Source: Klebsormidium nitens (lineage: Eukaryota; Plantae; Klebsormidiophyceae). Taken from it: a stretch of DNA of 64,000 nucleotides. The stretch is taken from positions 124,001 through 188,000 of the forward strand of contig DF236968.1 of NCBI GenBank assembly GCA_000708835.1, in the 5' to 3' direction. The notes beneath the pieces were generated by a model that saw only the letters and a list, made by a program, of their open reading frames with translations, ran no database searches and was not told the origin of the DNA. Shown here one piece after another: positions 47,701 to 61,149 of the stretch (positions are counted from its first letter, which is position 1; each line of letters begins with the position of its first letter). The translations under genes and the position numbers were made by a program.

Positions 47701-50700
47701 CGAATATTCCACTTTGATGTCAGCAGACCTGAAATGAATGGGTCCTACGTCAGTCGGAGATCCGGATGGCTATTCTGCAAACGAAACGCGAATGCGCCGG
47801 CAAAAATGATCGGAATAGAATTGGTGCTCCGATGACAACCTGCCAACGTGCTCATGACTGTACAGGGGGTCGAGCCAAGTTCTTCTATGGGAGCTCGAGG
47901 GTATACAAAGTGTCAGACACATGCATTGAAGAGCGAAAAACGAGAGCTCTTTTGTACGACAAAATCAATCAAAAAGTGTAACACGACATCGTGACCATGC
48001 TCTTTTCGCTGTCAGAAACTCTCGTTGCCATCACTTTGCGAGGTCGTTTGGAGACGAAGTGGAACTCCAGAAAAACGTGTTCCACAATGCTAGTTGACCC
48101 CCATCAGCGAAATTCTTGACCATTCCGTTGAACAAAACGATTGATTGCGCTAAAGTCGTCTCCCCAAGTTTCCAATCCTTGTCATCAACCCTTCGCAACT
48201 TCACGCTGCTCTTAGTCGGCCAGCCGCCGGAAAAGGGCCAGTTCGTACCGTTCAAGACGGCTTGAAAAGAATGGGAAGTAAATGCAAAGGATTCCTATGA
48301 CAAAACCCGTCATAGCGCAGCTCGAAAGGGGCCAGCTTCAGATAGGATTCAAACTCGTGTTACAGAACAAAGGGAAGTTCGGGACGGCCTGCAAAACAGT
48401 GCGCGTTCACAGAGGGTCTCCTGATCCTCTTGACTAGAAGGCGGGAATCCGATCCGCCTTATGCTACTCGTCAGACGGAGCCCCGATTGTAACGGACCAA
48501 ATAGAGAAGCTTTCTGTTAGGATGGATCCATAGGAAGAGGTGTGGGCCGGATTTACATCATACGCAACAGCTTTCACCTGTGTTTTTGAGCTCCAGATGC
48601 GTGCGCACTTTCTTCCCCCCAGTTACCGCTGCGCCCAAATCGACCACGTGGCGCTCCAATCCATCCTCCATTCCGGCCCAGTCCGCGCTCTCCTTCCCCC
48701 CATTTAATCTCCGCTCTAGTTCTCCCGGCTCCCCCGCCAAAAGCTGGTTAAGTTGACCTGCCCTTAACTGACGCCACAGCTGGTCCTTGCTGACGCCGTC
48801 GCTCCTAACGTCAGCAACCGTCAGCGTCGGGTAATCCGCGCGCGCGGTCACGAGACACGTGGCGGGCTCTGACGCCGCCTGCCAGCTGTTCTCTGGGGAG
48901 AGCTCGGTTCCGTCTCCCCAGCTGACGTGACCCGGGGGATCCCCCTCGGCGGCTCTCCTCTCGTCGACCCTCGCGCACGTCACCTCGAATGACATTTCTG
49001 CCCGGCGGCTTGGCCGGAGACTCACCGGAACGGAAACGGAAGACCGCGCCGGAATCGTTCCGGCAGGCGCCTCGATCTTGAGACACGTGTCGCCCTCCAA
49101 TTCGTCCTCGTCTAAATCCTCAAATCCTGCGCGGCGCGCGTCGAGCGCGTATTGCAGCGGCCCGTCGCTCAGGTTGTGCAGCGTCAGGGCCGCCCGGTGC
49201 TTTGCTCCGACCAGTAACGTGCCCAGGTCTAGTTCCTCGGGAGTGAGCTTAAACACTCCGGAAATGCCCTCCCCGGTTACGCTCAACGTCACCTTCTGGG
49301 CCGCTGACGTCAGCTTTTGTCCCACCTCGTTCGTACCCGACATGTCTTCCTCTCCCAGCGGAACCACCTTTCCCGAGGTCTTGACACCGGGGCCTGAATC
49401 CTGTCTGGCGGAATAAACCGACCGGATCCGCACACCGCTGACGAAGCATTGCACCTTGGCTGACGTCACCCCGGGCTCCCTCGGGGCAAAGCTCCAGGCG
49501 AACTCCCTAGTCTCGCCGCCTCTCAAAATTTCTTCTCCAGGTTGCACCCCAATCACCGCCGCCCATCGCGGGGGAACCGCCCACGAAACCCTAACCGGGA
49601 TCTTAACCAGGTTCCGCACCGCAAACCCACGTTCCGAAACGGCACCCACGCACGTCGGACGGAAGCCGAGGTTACCATCTTCGGTTAGCTCGACCCGCGG
49701 CAAGAATGCCCCGGCGGTTAAGCGCAGCTCGGTGGGGTTTGCGGGCGAGTTGTTGAAGAAGCAGAGTACTCGTTCTGAACGAGATCCCTCGGTTTCGGAG
49801 CAGAATCGGTACGCCAGAACCTGGAACTCGTGCCCGAGGATGACGCCTTCGGTCGGGTGAACTTTGAAAGGGGAGTCGAGGGACGTCGGGCGGATCTCGA
49901 ACCTGCACGGTTGGAAGGGAATCGGTTTCCTCACTTGTGTTTGCTTTGCAATTACCGGATTGCGACAATACCGTTTGCAGACCTTGAGTGGTAACGGTTT
50001 CGCTAGATCTTACAAGAGGGAAGCGCATTATTACAGGTTGACAGTGTGAACTTCAGAGCGACACCGGACGCTTCCCGAACGTGAAGGGTCAAGGAATTTC
50101 TGGTCAAGCGAAGATCTGATTGTGTCTATTTTTCTACGTGTCGACAGACGTCAGTTCCGTGGATTATTCCTTTCTTGACGAAGGTTTCTTCATCGAATTT
50201 GATCATGGAAGGAAGTCACCTGCTTCCAAAGCAGGGTATGCTGTCAGGTTTATCTGCAGTCCAAAGAATGATGGGAAAATGTTTTTGAAACCGCTCGGGA
50301 CCAGAAAACGTTGCTCCTCTAGTCTTTTCCAGTCAACTTGTCGAGTGGAACCAAATGAAGAACATTGAAAGAGCCAAAAGAAGGAAAGTCGATTTGATGA
50401 GAAAGCAAAAGATTTCAATGTTTGACTGCCGCGCTTGCTATCAAGCGGGAGCAATCGATGTCAGAAGTTCATCTACTTGAGCGGCGAATCTTCTTAATAT
50501 TTCGAACTTTAAGAAGAGGGTTCCCCCGTTTGCTATTGCCCCACACGCAGTCACACATACAGATTTCAAACTCTCAGAAAACAGAGTCTTGATCACGCAT
50601 CGGACTCCCGCGGTTGAAGACACGGACGTCTGGAACTAGGAAACTCCCCACTTTTGGATGCCTCGATGCAGTCAAGCATACAAAACTGCACCTTTCGAAA

Positions 50701-53700
50701 GACTCTCACATTTCCAAAATCCCACCGATTGAAGATCACGGACGTTTGTGACCAGGAGTCCCCAAACTTTTGTTGCCTCGATGCAGTCAAGCATACAGCA
50801 AAAGACTCACTTGAGCGGTGTATCCCCCTGGTTGTAGATAACCGACGTTTGGAACGAGGGATCCCCCACGTGGCTCGGCGGGAGGGCCACAGACTCAGAC
50901 GAGAATTGCGCGCGCGGCATCACGTGGTCGGCGCCGGGCTTGAACGTGTGCGCGATCGCCTGTGGTGACGTCAGTTGCTGAGTTCAGCTCTTTGAACCGG
51001 TTATCACACATATCCTCCGTTTAATCTTGAAAGCTTGACTGTCCGTCGAGTGAGGTTCCCCACGCGAATAGTAGAGTACGCACTCCCCGTAAACCACCAG
51101 ATACGTTTAAGGCTGCGCAACATGATTGAGTTTGAGAATGTTTTGCATGGGTTTTGATCGCTTCCGTTCAAGTTTCTCGATGGAGTCGTAGATTGAGAAT
51201 CAGTAAGTCACGCTGTGAGCAGGTCACGGAGATACTGAAGCGGATGACGAGCCCAGATCAAGCAGCAATGCTTCGATGCGAGCGAATTTATGGAGATCTC
51301 CCTGCAAAGCGCCCTCACCCGAACTTTCATCGCCGAGGGCGGCGGCACTTCCGCTAGAGCGGCGTCCCACTGCCTCAAGCGCTTCGGAACCACTAGAACT
51401 TCCAGGTCGTCGCAGTAGAAGCAGTTGTCCCTTTTCGGCCGAAAGACGACGTTGAAAATAAACGAGCCCCCCGGTCGTATCTCCGCCTCTTGGGGAAAAA
51501 CCTGGTACAGCTTAACTCCCTCTGAACCCGCCGGGTTAGCGCCGCCAAACCCCTCGGGGGTCATCCAGGTGCATGTAACGCGCTCCTCGGAGTCGTTGGT
51601 GAGCGTTACGGGCTTGAACTCCGACGGCTTCCCGCGCGCGCACGCGCCGAAGTCGAGCCGGGTGACGTCAGCGTGGACACGTGTCCTCTCCTCCGCGCCC
51701 GCGAACAGCGCCTCCCAGCGCTCTAGCTCTTCCGCTCCGCTATGGTTCGATTCCGGCGGACTTTCCGTTCCCTCCTCTCTCTCTAGATTTGGGTCTTCGT
51801 AACAATCTGGTTCGCCTTGGACTGACGACCCGTTTCTAAACTGCTTCAGGTTGAGGAGGGGGGGGCGCATTTTGTCGTTGAAGCAACTGCCGATCAGAGT
51901 AACGGCTAGAGGTGCGTGGTCCCGGATCAGCAGGAAAAGGCGCTTGTGGTACATAAGCGGATCTTTCGGATCGAAGCGGACGGTGACGGTGGCTGAACCG
52001 AAGGCGGGGCAGGTTCCGGTGGTGACCTCAACGGAAAAGGGGCCGGACTCCGTTCCGCGGAGTTGGTAAGCGACCTCCATTCCTGTATGGTAAGGGAATG
52101 GACTCACCATCAGTCCACTGCTGTCGGCATTTCGGGGCTATATGAGATGCACGCGCTGCTTTTCAAAGCGCAGTACAACAAGACACGCCGTCACCCCAGG
52201 AAGTGCGCCTGTGTTGCATCGCAGAAAGCGTGAGGCGAAGGCTTGATAACCTGGCTGCAGAGTTACAAGTTCTGGATTTAAGGGACACATGCCCAGATTT
52301 TTAAAGCGCAAGAAAGGTGTCGGCTCGGCCCCATCAACCAAATCAGCAGATTCTGCAGGATCGACTGGAAAGGTGCACGCCAACGACAGGAAAGAAGGGG
52401 CTGATAATAGAACTGATGTCAGCAAACGAGCTGGCTTGATTAGCCTGCTTCAAGACGGAGCAGAGTCCCCCAGAAGCACGGTGTCGTAAGTCCAGACGGG
52501 GTCTTCTTGACCCCTTTGACGCCATGACGTCTCAGTCTTCTCACTCTCAAGGTACGCTCATCTGGTTCATTTCCATGAGGAAAGTCATGAGTCGAATCGG
52601 AAAAAAACGCAGATGCTTTGACGCCGAACCCTCCAAGCGCGGACCTGAGTGGTTCTCCAGCCGGACGCTTCGGACCGCGTCCGTGCCCGCCCGGACCATC
52701 CCGAAGTTAAGCCCGGACGCCGACAGCGTGACACGTGGCCCCACCGCAGAGCCGCTGCATTCAATGCGGATGGAGCGCCCGGTGGCCGTGGGGATCTCGA
52801 ACGTCGCGGACGCCGACGTGCCGGCGGACGAGGGCGAGTACGTCACCTGGAGCAGAGTGACGTCAGCGATGTCTGTCTCCGTTGGGCTCCGGGGTATTCG
52901 GACGCGGAGACGGAGTAAGTCGCTGATCGTCTATTCTCATATGAGCAGTAGAAGCCAGAGGCAAAGAATGCCGACATTTGCATGGAATTTTTCACAGCGA
53001 AATGCTCGCGAGAAACCTTTTGGTGCTCAGGGTTCGACTGCTTCAGCACTGTCCAAAAACAGCTCTTTCACAGCGGTGCCGCTTTTACTTGTAATGAGGC
53101 GGACTGCAGATCTGAGAAATTGCTGGAGGACAAGCCTCTCTGCTGTCACCAGCGTCTATCTTGTTAACGTCAACGGTTTGGACGGTTCAGATTGCTTCCA
53201 GACCAGAGTTCCTCATCACGTGGCATTTCCTAAGGGTTGTCAGCTGAAGCCCAGATTGCACTCTCAGACAGGCTTCATAGCTGAAAATCGGACGGCTGTG
53301 ACAGCGTTCCNNNNNNNNNNNNNNNNNNNNATTAACGGTCATGCAACGTTGTAAACTTGTTGCGAGGCGTGCATCTCTGTTGCAGCAACGAGGGTTTAAG
53401 TTTGGTTTAGCTTTGACCAGTTCTCGCAACGTTTTTGGCGTTGATTCCATACACTTGCCGACACCTAGTGTTGCAGCAACGCCTCGAAACGTTGCGCAAC
53501 ATTCCGCAACGCCGTGCAACGTTGCCGCAACGAGCGGCTAAATTTCCGGACGTCGACTAGCTTGAAGTGGAACAACCGAAGGACCCGTTCCCTGCTTTGA
53601 AAGCCCACCAGACACGGACGGCTCTCAATAGCCCGATGTTTATTCGTGGAAATCTATTCATGTATTAGCCCTGAAGCGGGCTCCAAACATTGATGCAGTC

Positions 53701-56149
53701 ATGCATCAGGGTCTCAAGATGCGTCTCAAAACCGGATTATCTAATCCTAGTATCCAGAGAAGAGACCCAAAACAAACTGCGGCGCACTTGATACTGAAAT
53801 GGGTTTCGGCAGATTCAACCATGTTCAAGTCGATCAAACTTGCCAAGGAGGACTAAAGTTGCAAAGCAAAGACTCACCCTCAAAGCGATCCTTTCGTTCG
53901 GCAGCAGCCGCCCCCTCGTGGGCGTCACCCGTATGCCCCGCTCCTCCCCGCCCCCATTCACACTCCTGAGCTCGAACGCAGCCGCCACGAGGGCCGCGTT
54001 GGTGAGAATAATCTCGTGATCGACGGTCGAGCCGCTGAGAACCTCCCCGAAATCGACGGCTGTGGTGGAGGCAGACAGGAAGGGGTACTTGCCCACGCCG
54101 ACGAGCGTGAGCGATGACGTGGCGCCGGCGGACGTCGTACACGTGGCCTGCGGACATGAATCGAATGTCCATATCAACAAAGAGCGCCCTCTGTTCGAAC
54201 ACTTCGGGTGGGTGCGCGTCGTCTGTCTCTTCTTTACTCTTTTCCACTTTGAAGTACTCCGCATCCTTTTTCCTCGTGTTTTCCCCTCCTTCTTGGCCCC
54301 AATTTCAGGAAGAAGTGGTGAATCAATATTTCCATTCAGGGCTACTTGACATCACTGTAGCACTGAGAAGGATCAAAGTCAGACCGATCGAGACGGCTCG
54401 TTTGAATTTTCAGGACGCAAATCTGGAAGTAGTGCGTCGACGTTCAAGAGACGGTCCGACTAGAACACGCCATGCGAGCACTGAATTGGGTTTGCGGAGC
54501 TCTCAAATCGGTTCTGCGCAGATCCAAGGCAGCCTTTGCAGTTTCCCTATGTCCGAGCAGTCCCAATGAGACCCTCGTTAAAACGCTCGTTACTTTCGGA
54601 CCCGGAACTCCAAAATTTAAGCAAACCCTTCGACGAAATCCAACGGCAAAAGCAGAGCAGCGGCTAGCTTCTTGCAATAAGTGAGCAACTTACTGAAGCG
54701 GTGAAAGACGAGGCCTCGTCGGGAGCAAACGCCGCCGTGCACTCGGCTGCTTCTCCTGGTTGCAACGTCCCTCTCGCTGGGGCTATGCCGAAGGGCGCGA
54801 CGCACTCCCAGGAGAAAGCGAGAGGCACGTGACCAGTGTTTCGCACCTGGAACAAAGGCGGGATTGGGTGCTTAGCTTCTTGCGTCTCAAAGATTTGAAA
54901 GGGTGTTGACAGTGGGTCAGTGAATGAAGCTGCACGCTCTTTGCGGCATCAGAGCGACTTTGATAAACTGGAAACGTGGAACCTTCGAAGCGTCAGAATG
55001 GCCATGAATAAAACTTTTGGTCCAATCGTACTGTCTTCTAACCAGTCTAAAACCAGTAATCTATGCAGCACACCAATACGGGTGCAGGAAGTTATGCTTG
55101 TAGGCATAGTTGCATTCACTCCAAGACACACTTGGCATTGCATAGGAGGGCTCGATTCAGAAAGCTTGGTCAGTTCGTCGACTTTCGTCAATCTCTGACA
55201 AGTGGGCAAACCCCGAGCGGAAGAAAGTAAACCGTGAAAACCTCACCGCAAAAGCTTGCGGTGTGCTTTCCTTGACGGGACAAAACCCGAAGTCGAGATG
55301 CGATGGCATAACCAGCTCCGCGCCCGGATGCCTTCCCTCCAGACGCACCGCAAACGCCCCTTTGGCCGTAGAGAAGATGATCTTGTCGGAGTAAACCGGG
55401 TTCTGCCCGGGTTTGAAGATAACCACGAGGGTCGCGCTCATGCCAGGGCTCAGATGCAGCTCTTCTGGATACTCCATGCTGCGAGAGTCAGTGTCAGCAA
55501 TCAGGGTCAGCAATCAGGGTTAGCAGGCCCCTGGGTGCCCGTGGTTTGCAGAAGCTGCTTGAGCGGAGACGCTCTCTGCATTTCAGTAGGGCCTTCAAGG
55601 GGCCGAATAACTGTCACAAGCCGATGGCAATCAATAGGCGGAGTGGCTGTCTCGGGGACCTTCGAATGCACTTAAGACACACTAGCAGAGCTCCAGCTTT
55701 CCAGCTGCTGCCATGGAATCAAGTGCCACGTGTGTCAGCCAAAGGTCTGACGTTGGTCCAGCCTTTCTCGGAGTTGGTAAACACGAAGATACTTGGTGTG
55801 GGCACCAGGGCGGTAAAGAGGCACCGCAATCAGAACTCAAATCCCAGATTAAATCTTGGTAACCAGTGCTTTCTCCACCCAATGCTCTCCCCCTCATATT
55901 TTGCAGAGCGACAAATGTGAACTGGTTCCGCGGCCCCACCCACCTGAATGCCCCGCTCGACGGCAGCGCATACTTGATACGCTGGTGCTTCTGACTGACG
56001 TTCCGCACTGTGACACTCTTCCGGTACTCGCCACCGGCTCTCCAGTGCTTCCACTCCAAAAGCGACGGGCACTCAACGCCCAGGTCATGGACGCGCTCCT
56101 CTCGTGTCTCAGCAACTAGAGTCGGCATGCGGGTAAGTGACCGCGCCAT
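44790..56149 (-). CDS. CFAP65: Cilia- and flagella-associated protein 65 (CFAP65/CCDC108; repeated ASH/PapD-like Ig domains), ~1776 aa, 10 exons
   Basis: Exons 56149-55944, 55478-55247, 54846-54694, 54147-53878, 52846-52645, 52082-51319, 50959-50811, 49902-48578, 47728-46755, 45845-44790 are in phase (5331 nt). N-terminus LEWKHWRAGGEYRKSVTVRNVS...LSPGMSATLVVIFKP and repeated LDFG...V.NTG...F.W motifs match the CFAP65 layout as recalled. The start may lie further upstream. Confidence 0.87.
53311..53330. other. Assembly gap (20 N) in CFAP65 intron 4
   Basis: Run of n characters. Confidence 1.
53340..53535. repeat. GCAAC/GTTGC-rich partly palindromic minisatellite with 10-bp period
   Basis: ttgcagcaac gcctcgaaac gttgcgcaac attccgcaac gccgtgcaac gttgccgcaac at 53471-53531; 8 GCAAC and 5 GTTGC counted in ~200 bp. 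Confidence 0.8.
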
Positions 56150-57452
56150 GGTGGGAATCACAGGGGACCTGGAGCAGGCCTGGAGCTAAACCTGCTGTTT
56201 TGGTCACATTGAAGTTGGCATGAAAGCTAAGTTCAGTATGATCGTTGGATGATTATCCTCCAGCTGCATTAGCTTTCTGCTTTCTTGGGGAACCATGGTA
56301 GCACTCTTGCAACGTAAAGACCATCCTTAGATACTTGAGTGCCAATTGCTACTGCTATCGTGCATTTACTGTTGGAAAGTGCTGGGAGCTTCTGACAGAC
56401 TGAAATCTGAGCCCCGGAGAAAGATCATTAGCTCTAAGTATAGGATAGTCTTGGGCTTCCTGCTCGGCCTCTTGATGATTGCTGACATGCGATGAGCTCC
56501 AGACGCAGGAATTGGAGGTAACTGGAGCTAAGAAAACTTGCTGCTACATTCTCATGCAGGGCCCTGCAGGTCAGGAATCCTAGCGGACCTGTTCACCAGC
56601 TGCTTCTGGCGGAAAGGCCAAGGGAACCAATCTAGAGGAAGGCAGTTCTTCATAGGCGCAATTGAGTGCCCCTCCTAATGCATCAAGCGCTATCATGTAG
56701 ATATCAGAATGTCACACGAGGATGCATGCGCATTTTGGAATGGGCGCCGCACTACCTACTGTACTAGCAGCGCATCAGCTTTTCAAGTACATGTGCGCGC
56801 GCATATCCATCTTCCTGCAATCGCGATCGTCCGATGACTTCTCAGCCTGACGATCGACGTCGTCGGGCCGTTTCCCTTGGGAGAGAAAGGCTGTCGCACT
56901 TCTGACTTCAGCACTGCATACCAAGCAGCTAGACTCAAAGCCTGCGCATGAGGTTTGATCAGGGAGCACCTCGCATGAGCACGGAACGTGAGAACAGGTT
57001 GAGCAGGCGCCAAGCACGGCACCACCACTTGTCTCGCCAAAAGCTTGATTCAAAGGGGTCCAAACTGCAGCAGACGTCCCAGTGCTTCGGTCAGAAACTT
57101 TCAGCTCTGGAACTTCCTGAACACACGTCGCTGAAACTCTGCTTTGAACTTCTGATGTCACTGGTGGAAGATTTCTGCGTTGATGCAAGTCATACGTCTG
57201 GTTGGCCGGCGCGTTAGCCGGAAGAACTTGCAGAGAGCTCGTGATTGTTTGTCGGCCTTCCGCGGAAGCCGCAGCTTTTGATGCAAAGCTGTGCGGTTCA
57301 AATCCCCTAATCGCCACTTAGCAGAGCTCCAGTTTCATGCCCTCTAGCTGCTGAAGATAATAGACCAATTATCGATACTCCATAACAAGTCTACAGCTCG
57401 CGGGGCTAGTGAGTCCCCACGAGGCGCAAGAACCAGCTCCCGCATCTCAGCA

Positions 57453-60400
57453 ATGGTAAGTCCTTAAAATGAGGTTGCTACATCAGCTGAAGACATTTTT
57501 GACCACACACTTTTGACCACACTCTACGGGGGCGTAATTCTGGGCTTAAAGATGGACGCCATTCTTTGTGTCACAGTGGTCCACCACTTGCCGGTTCGTG
57601 GCTGACATAGGTGGTCAAAGTGGACAGACTTGATTGACCTTTTCTCTGTGCACCTAGAAGCGGAATATTCAAATTTGCGTGATGCACACTCTGACACCTC
57701 TCAGATCTTTGTGGCGCACAGCGCTGGTAACACGAGAAGGACGGTCAGCTTGTCAGGATGACACGAAAAAGTGTACAGAATCCTGCAATACATCCCTGTC
57801 AATGGATTCAGAAGTCCGGGGAGCAAGACTGAGCCTGGCCTTGAGTCAGTGCCGTTTTCTCCAGCACAAGGGGTCCACTTTGAAATACTTGAGGTTCTGT
57901 GTTTGTTTTTATTTCCAGATCCCTTTGAATTCAGGCTGAATGAGATAAACAAGGTCGATACCTTGGCTGGATACTTTCAGCGCACGCAACAGGTTGGAGC
58001 GTCATCATCTCAACTTCTGCGGTGCTACTTGAGCGGCAGCACCAGAATGATAGCTTTCATTCACTGGAACTGGTGCTAAGTTGGGATTCTTCTGTCTGCA
58101 GTCGGAGATTGAGGAGACGTTTAAGCGTGTGAGCTCCCATAAAGGTGAGGGCCAGATTGACATGCCTTTCTTATCAGAAAACGAACAACTGGCCAGGAAG
58201 TTACATAGATCAGGTTACCCAAGAGTGTTAGAGTATCCAAAGAATCTCCCCCTCTGAAGTATGGATCGACTTTAAAATCTCCAGTCAGTCTATGCCTCAG
58301 TCCGTTAGGCGCTTGGCAGAATCAGTCTCCATCCCATCATGGAACTCCCTGCCTTCTACTTGTTCTGCATACAAGCGCAGAACACACCCGCTTATGCTTT
58401 TTCAACTTGGATCTCTGATGCGTTCTGTGATTTTCATTAGCTCAAAAGTCTATTTTTAAAGCCTGCTGCACATCAGTAGCTGAGAGATTGCGCCGCAGGC
58501 GTCATTGGGACTATCGTCGTCAGCGCGGACGGCATACCCATCCGGACGACTTTCGACAGTGCGACCACCGTCCAGGTAAGCTGAATGGTCCAAATCCACG
58601 AACTTGATTCGAAACGGTTCTCTTGATGTCTCAGGAGTTGTTTAAAGACGCTTGAAGCCCGTAGAAGCCGCTGTCAGTCGAAGTTTTCCTGGTGAGCAAC
58701 GTGCATTCAAGGACAGCAGTCCCTCCACGTGTTGCTCTCGTTCTTGCTCGATTCCGAAGCACGACTTTTCGACGATCGAACAGAGCAAGTGGACTTCGTT
58801 TCAAAGACACCGTAGAAGATTGCTACAGAACGCTGTCGCCTACAAACTGCTGACAAAGCCGGCTCGGAACCCCTTCGAATATGAAAATGTTCTTAAAGCT
58901 CAGGCCCCCTTAGCGAAGAGATCATTGACCTGGCCGAGAACCGTATCCTGCTGCATAATGCGTCAGGAATGCTGACTTTATCACAACTGCTGACGTCGGA
59001 CTTTTTGCCTCCAGTACGCTGCGCTGGTGTCCAACTTGGCTCTGAAATCGAAGAGCGTTGTCAGGGATCTCGACCCGGAGGTTAGTGCACATTCCCGGAA
59101 TTCCTAGCAGTGCGAGACTCTGCTCTTGCAAACTGAAAGGACTGTGTTTTCGTGAAAAAAGACGGTCGGGGGTCCGCAACACGCCTGATTGTCTGATTCG
59201 GTCTAGCCTCGAGTAGCACAGATCTTTCATTCATCTGTACCGAAGCGGCCAGTGTCGAGGAATTCTCACGCCCATAATCGGAAGCTTCTCGAAGAGTGGA
59301 TCATGTGGACTGACGGACTGTTGACTTCGGAACCAGTCTCTTCATCTCTTCATGATCAACGGGATTGGCCACGGAGTATGTAACCTGGTTTAGGACAAAC
59401 TTTGAGTTGCGTCGTGATCTGACTCAAAAGATGCGTGCCTTTTGAACAAGAGCTGCTTTGACAAGACAAGAGGCTTCTGCTGATGATGCCGCGTCGAGCT
59501 TTCTGTTTTTTTATAAAGTCAGACTCTTTTCGAAGATAAGCTGTTCAGGACCACTTTGAACTTAGTAACCATACCTCTGAAACTCGCTTTGCTCAACTCC
59601 TCTTTCATTAAATTGACGCCAAGCTTTGCAGTCTCTTTAGCCCTGTCTTCAGTCTGTAGTCGGATTTCTTCTACTTTGAAGCGCACCGAAAAGAATGCAT
59701 GTGGCATTTCGGCTTCTTACAAGGACCTGACTGGTGCAATAGAACTGCTTTGTATTCTTTGCCCAGCATTTGCGCATCCATGAATCTGCGCGTCTGACGG
59801 GCAAAATTTTCGGTCATGTACTGAGGTTTTTGAGCGTCTGCTTTGTCAAAGACAACCGCTATGATGAGTATCACACTCTTTCGTACTCTTCTGGTTTCTG
59901 AACCTGGACGCTAACAAGGATCGGGTAAGGGGTTACTCGTCACTCTCGTCACAGCACACTCCTGAATCAGACTGAGCGAGCAGACGGTGTGGAAGTAGCA
60001 CATACTCATGCGAGCAGGTCGCCTGTTTGCTGACTTGTTAGCATACCGACACTCTTCTGAGGGCAGGCTTATCACCGTCACGCTGCCTTTCCCGTCATAC
60101 GCGTGTGTATGTGTACTCACTGCTCCAGCGCCAAAAATGCACTTCGATCAATTATTCCTTTACATTCCTATATCTTGCAGCGAATCCCCTTTCACGACAA
60201 TCCGCATCTTAAGCTACGTCTGTTTGTTGTTCTGCTGATCTTGGTGAATCATTTAGAGGCTCGTTAACCGGAGCTCTTTTTGTATAACGTTCGCAAAAGG
60301 GGAAAACGGCGCCAGCCAACCATCACGCTTGACTTATTCTGGATCCTCCTTTGTTCCAGAACGAGCTGACCTTCGTGCGCATCCGGTCAAAGAAGCACGA

Positions 60401-60464
60401 GATCATGATAGCACCAGACAACGGCTTCATCCTGATCGTGGTTCAAAACCCCAGCGTAGAGTGA
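57453..60464 (+). CDS. DYNLRB: Dynein light chain roadblock (LC7), 97 aa, 5 exons
   Basis: Exons 57453-57455 (ATG only), 58102-58144, 58499-58575, 59015-59080, 60360-60464 give [97 protein letters not shown]. Confidence 0.96.
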
Positions 60465-61149
60465 TAGAACGGAAACGAAAAGCTAAGGGGCCGTTTGTGT
60501 ACAGTAGACCGGAGCCAGACATATTAGCCGCCTACCATTCTGCTTCAATCTTGCTTTGTAGATCTCTGCAACGTCACTCAAAAAGTTGTACAATCCAATA
60601 GGCTACTAGCACTCAAGGTGGACCGTCTCAAACATCATCTTCTCAAGGACGTCTTCGTTTGAAGGTTCTGACCGGCAATTTCATGTTGCTACGAACGGTC
60701 TCGCTAAGCTTATTATGTAATGTAACCGTGCAACATCATCCAAATTGGATTCGTCTCTGTTCATGGTCTAACAAGAGCGAAATTGGGGTATATATGATAG
60801 TGACATAATGTTCTACTCATATATTGCCCGGTCAATCCTGACATGGTGCACAGTAATAACTAATCAGTGGGTGGATTGCCAGCGCTAACTGGGAGAACAC
60901 TTTTGCTAAAATAATATATTTGGCTAACATTTGAAGGCAGCTGCCTGCAGCCAGTGCGAAGGGAAAAGGAGGACTGAATAAGGTTCAGAAGGTTGGAGGA
61001 GGAAAAATTGGGTGACCGGTCAGAACGCTTCCAAGCCATCAACCACCGGCGGAATGAGCCGGTGGGACGTTCATTAGGCAGTGGCCTCCCCCGACTGGTC
61101 AGGAGAAGCCACGCAGGTATTCGCGCTCAGGCAAGGAAGGCTTAGCTCA

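Noticed and set aside
44790-56149. HYDIN or DLEC1 instead of CFAP65
   Set aside because: The ~1780-aa length, the N-terminal W..G....K.V.VRN..LSPG motif order and the C-terminal helix fit CFAP65 better; HYDIN is far larger. Based on recall, not a search.
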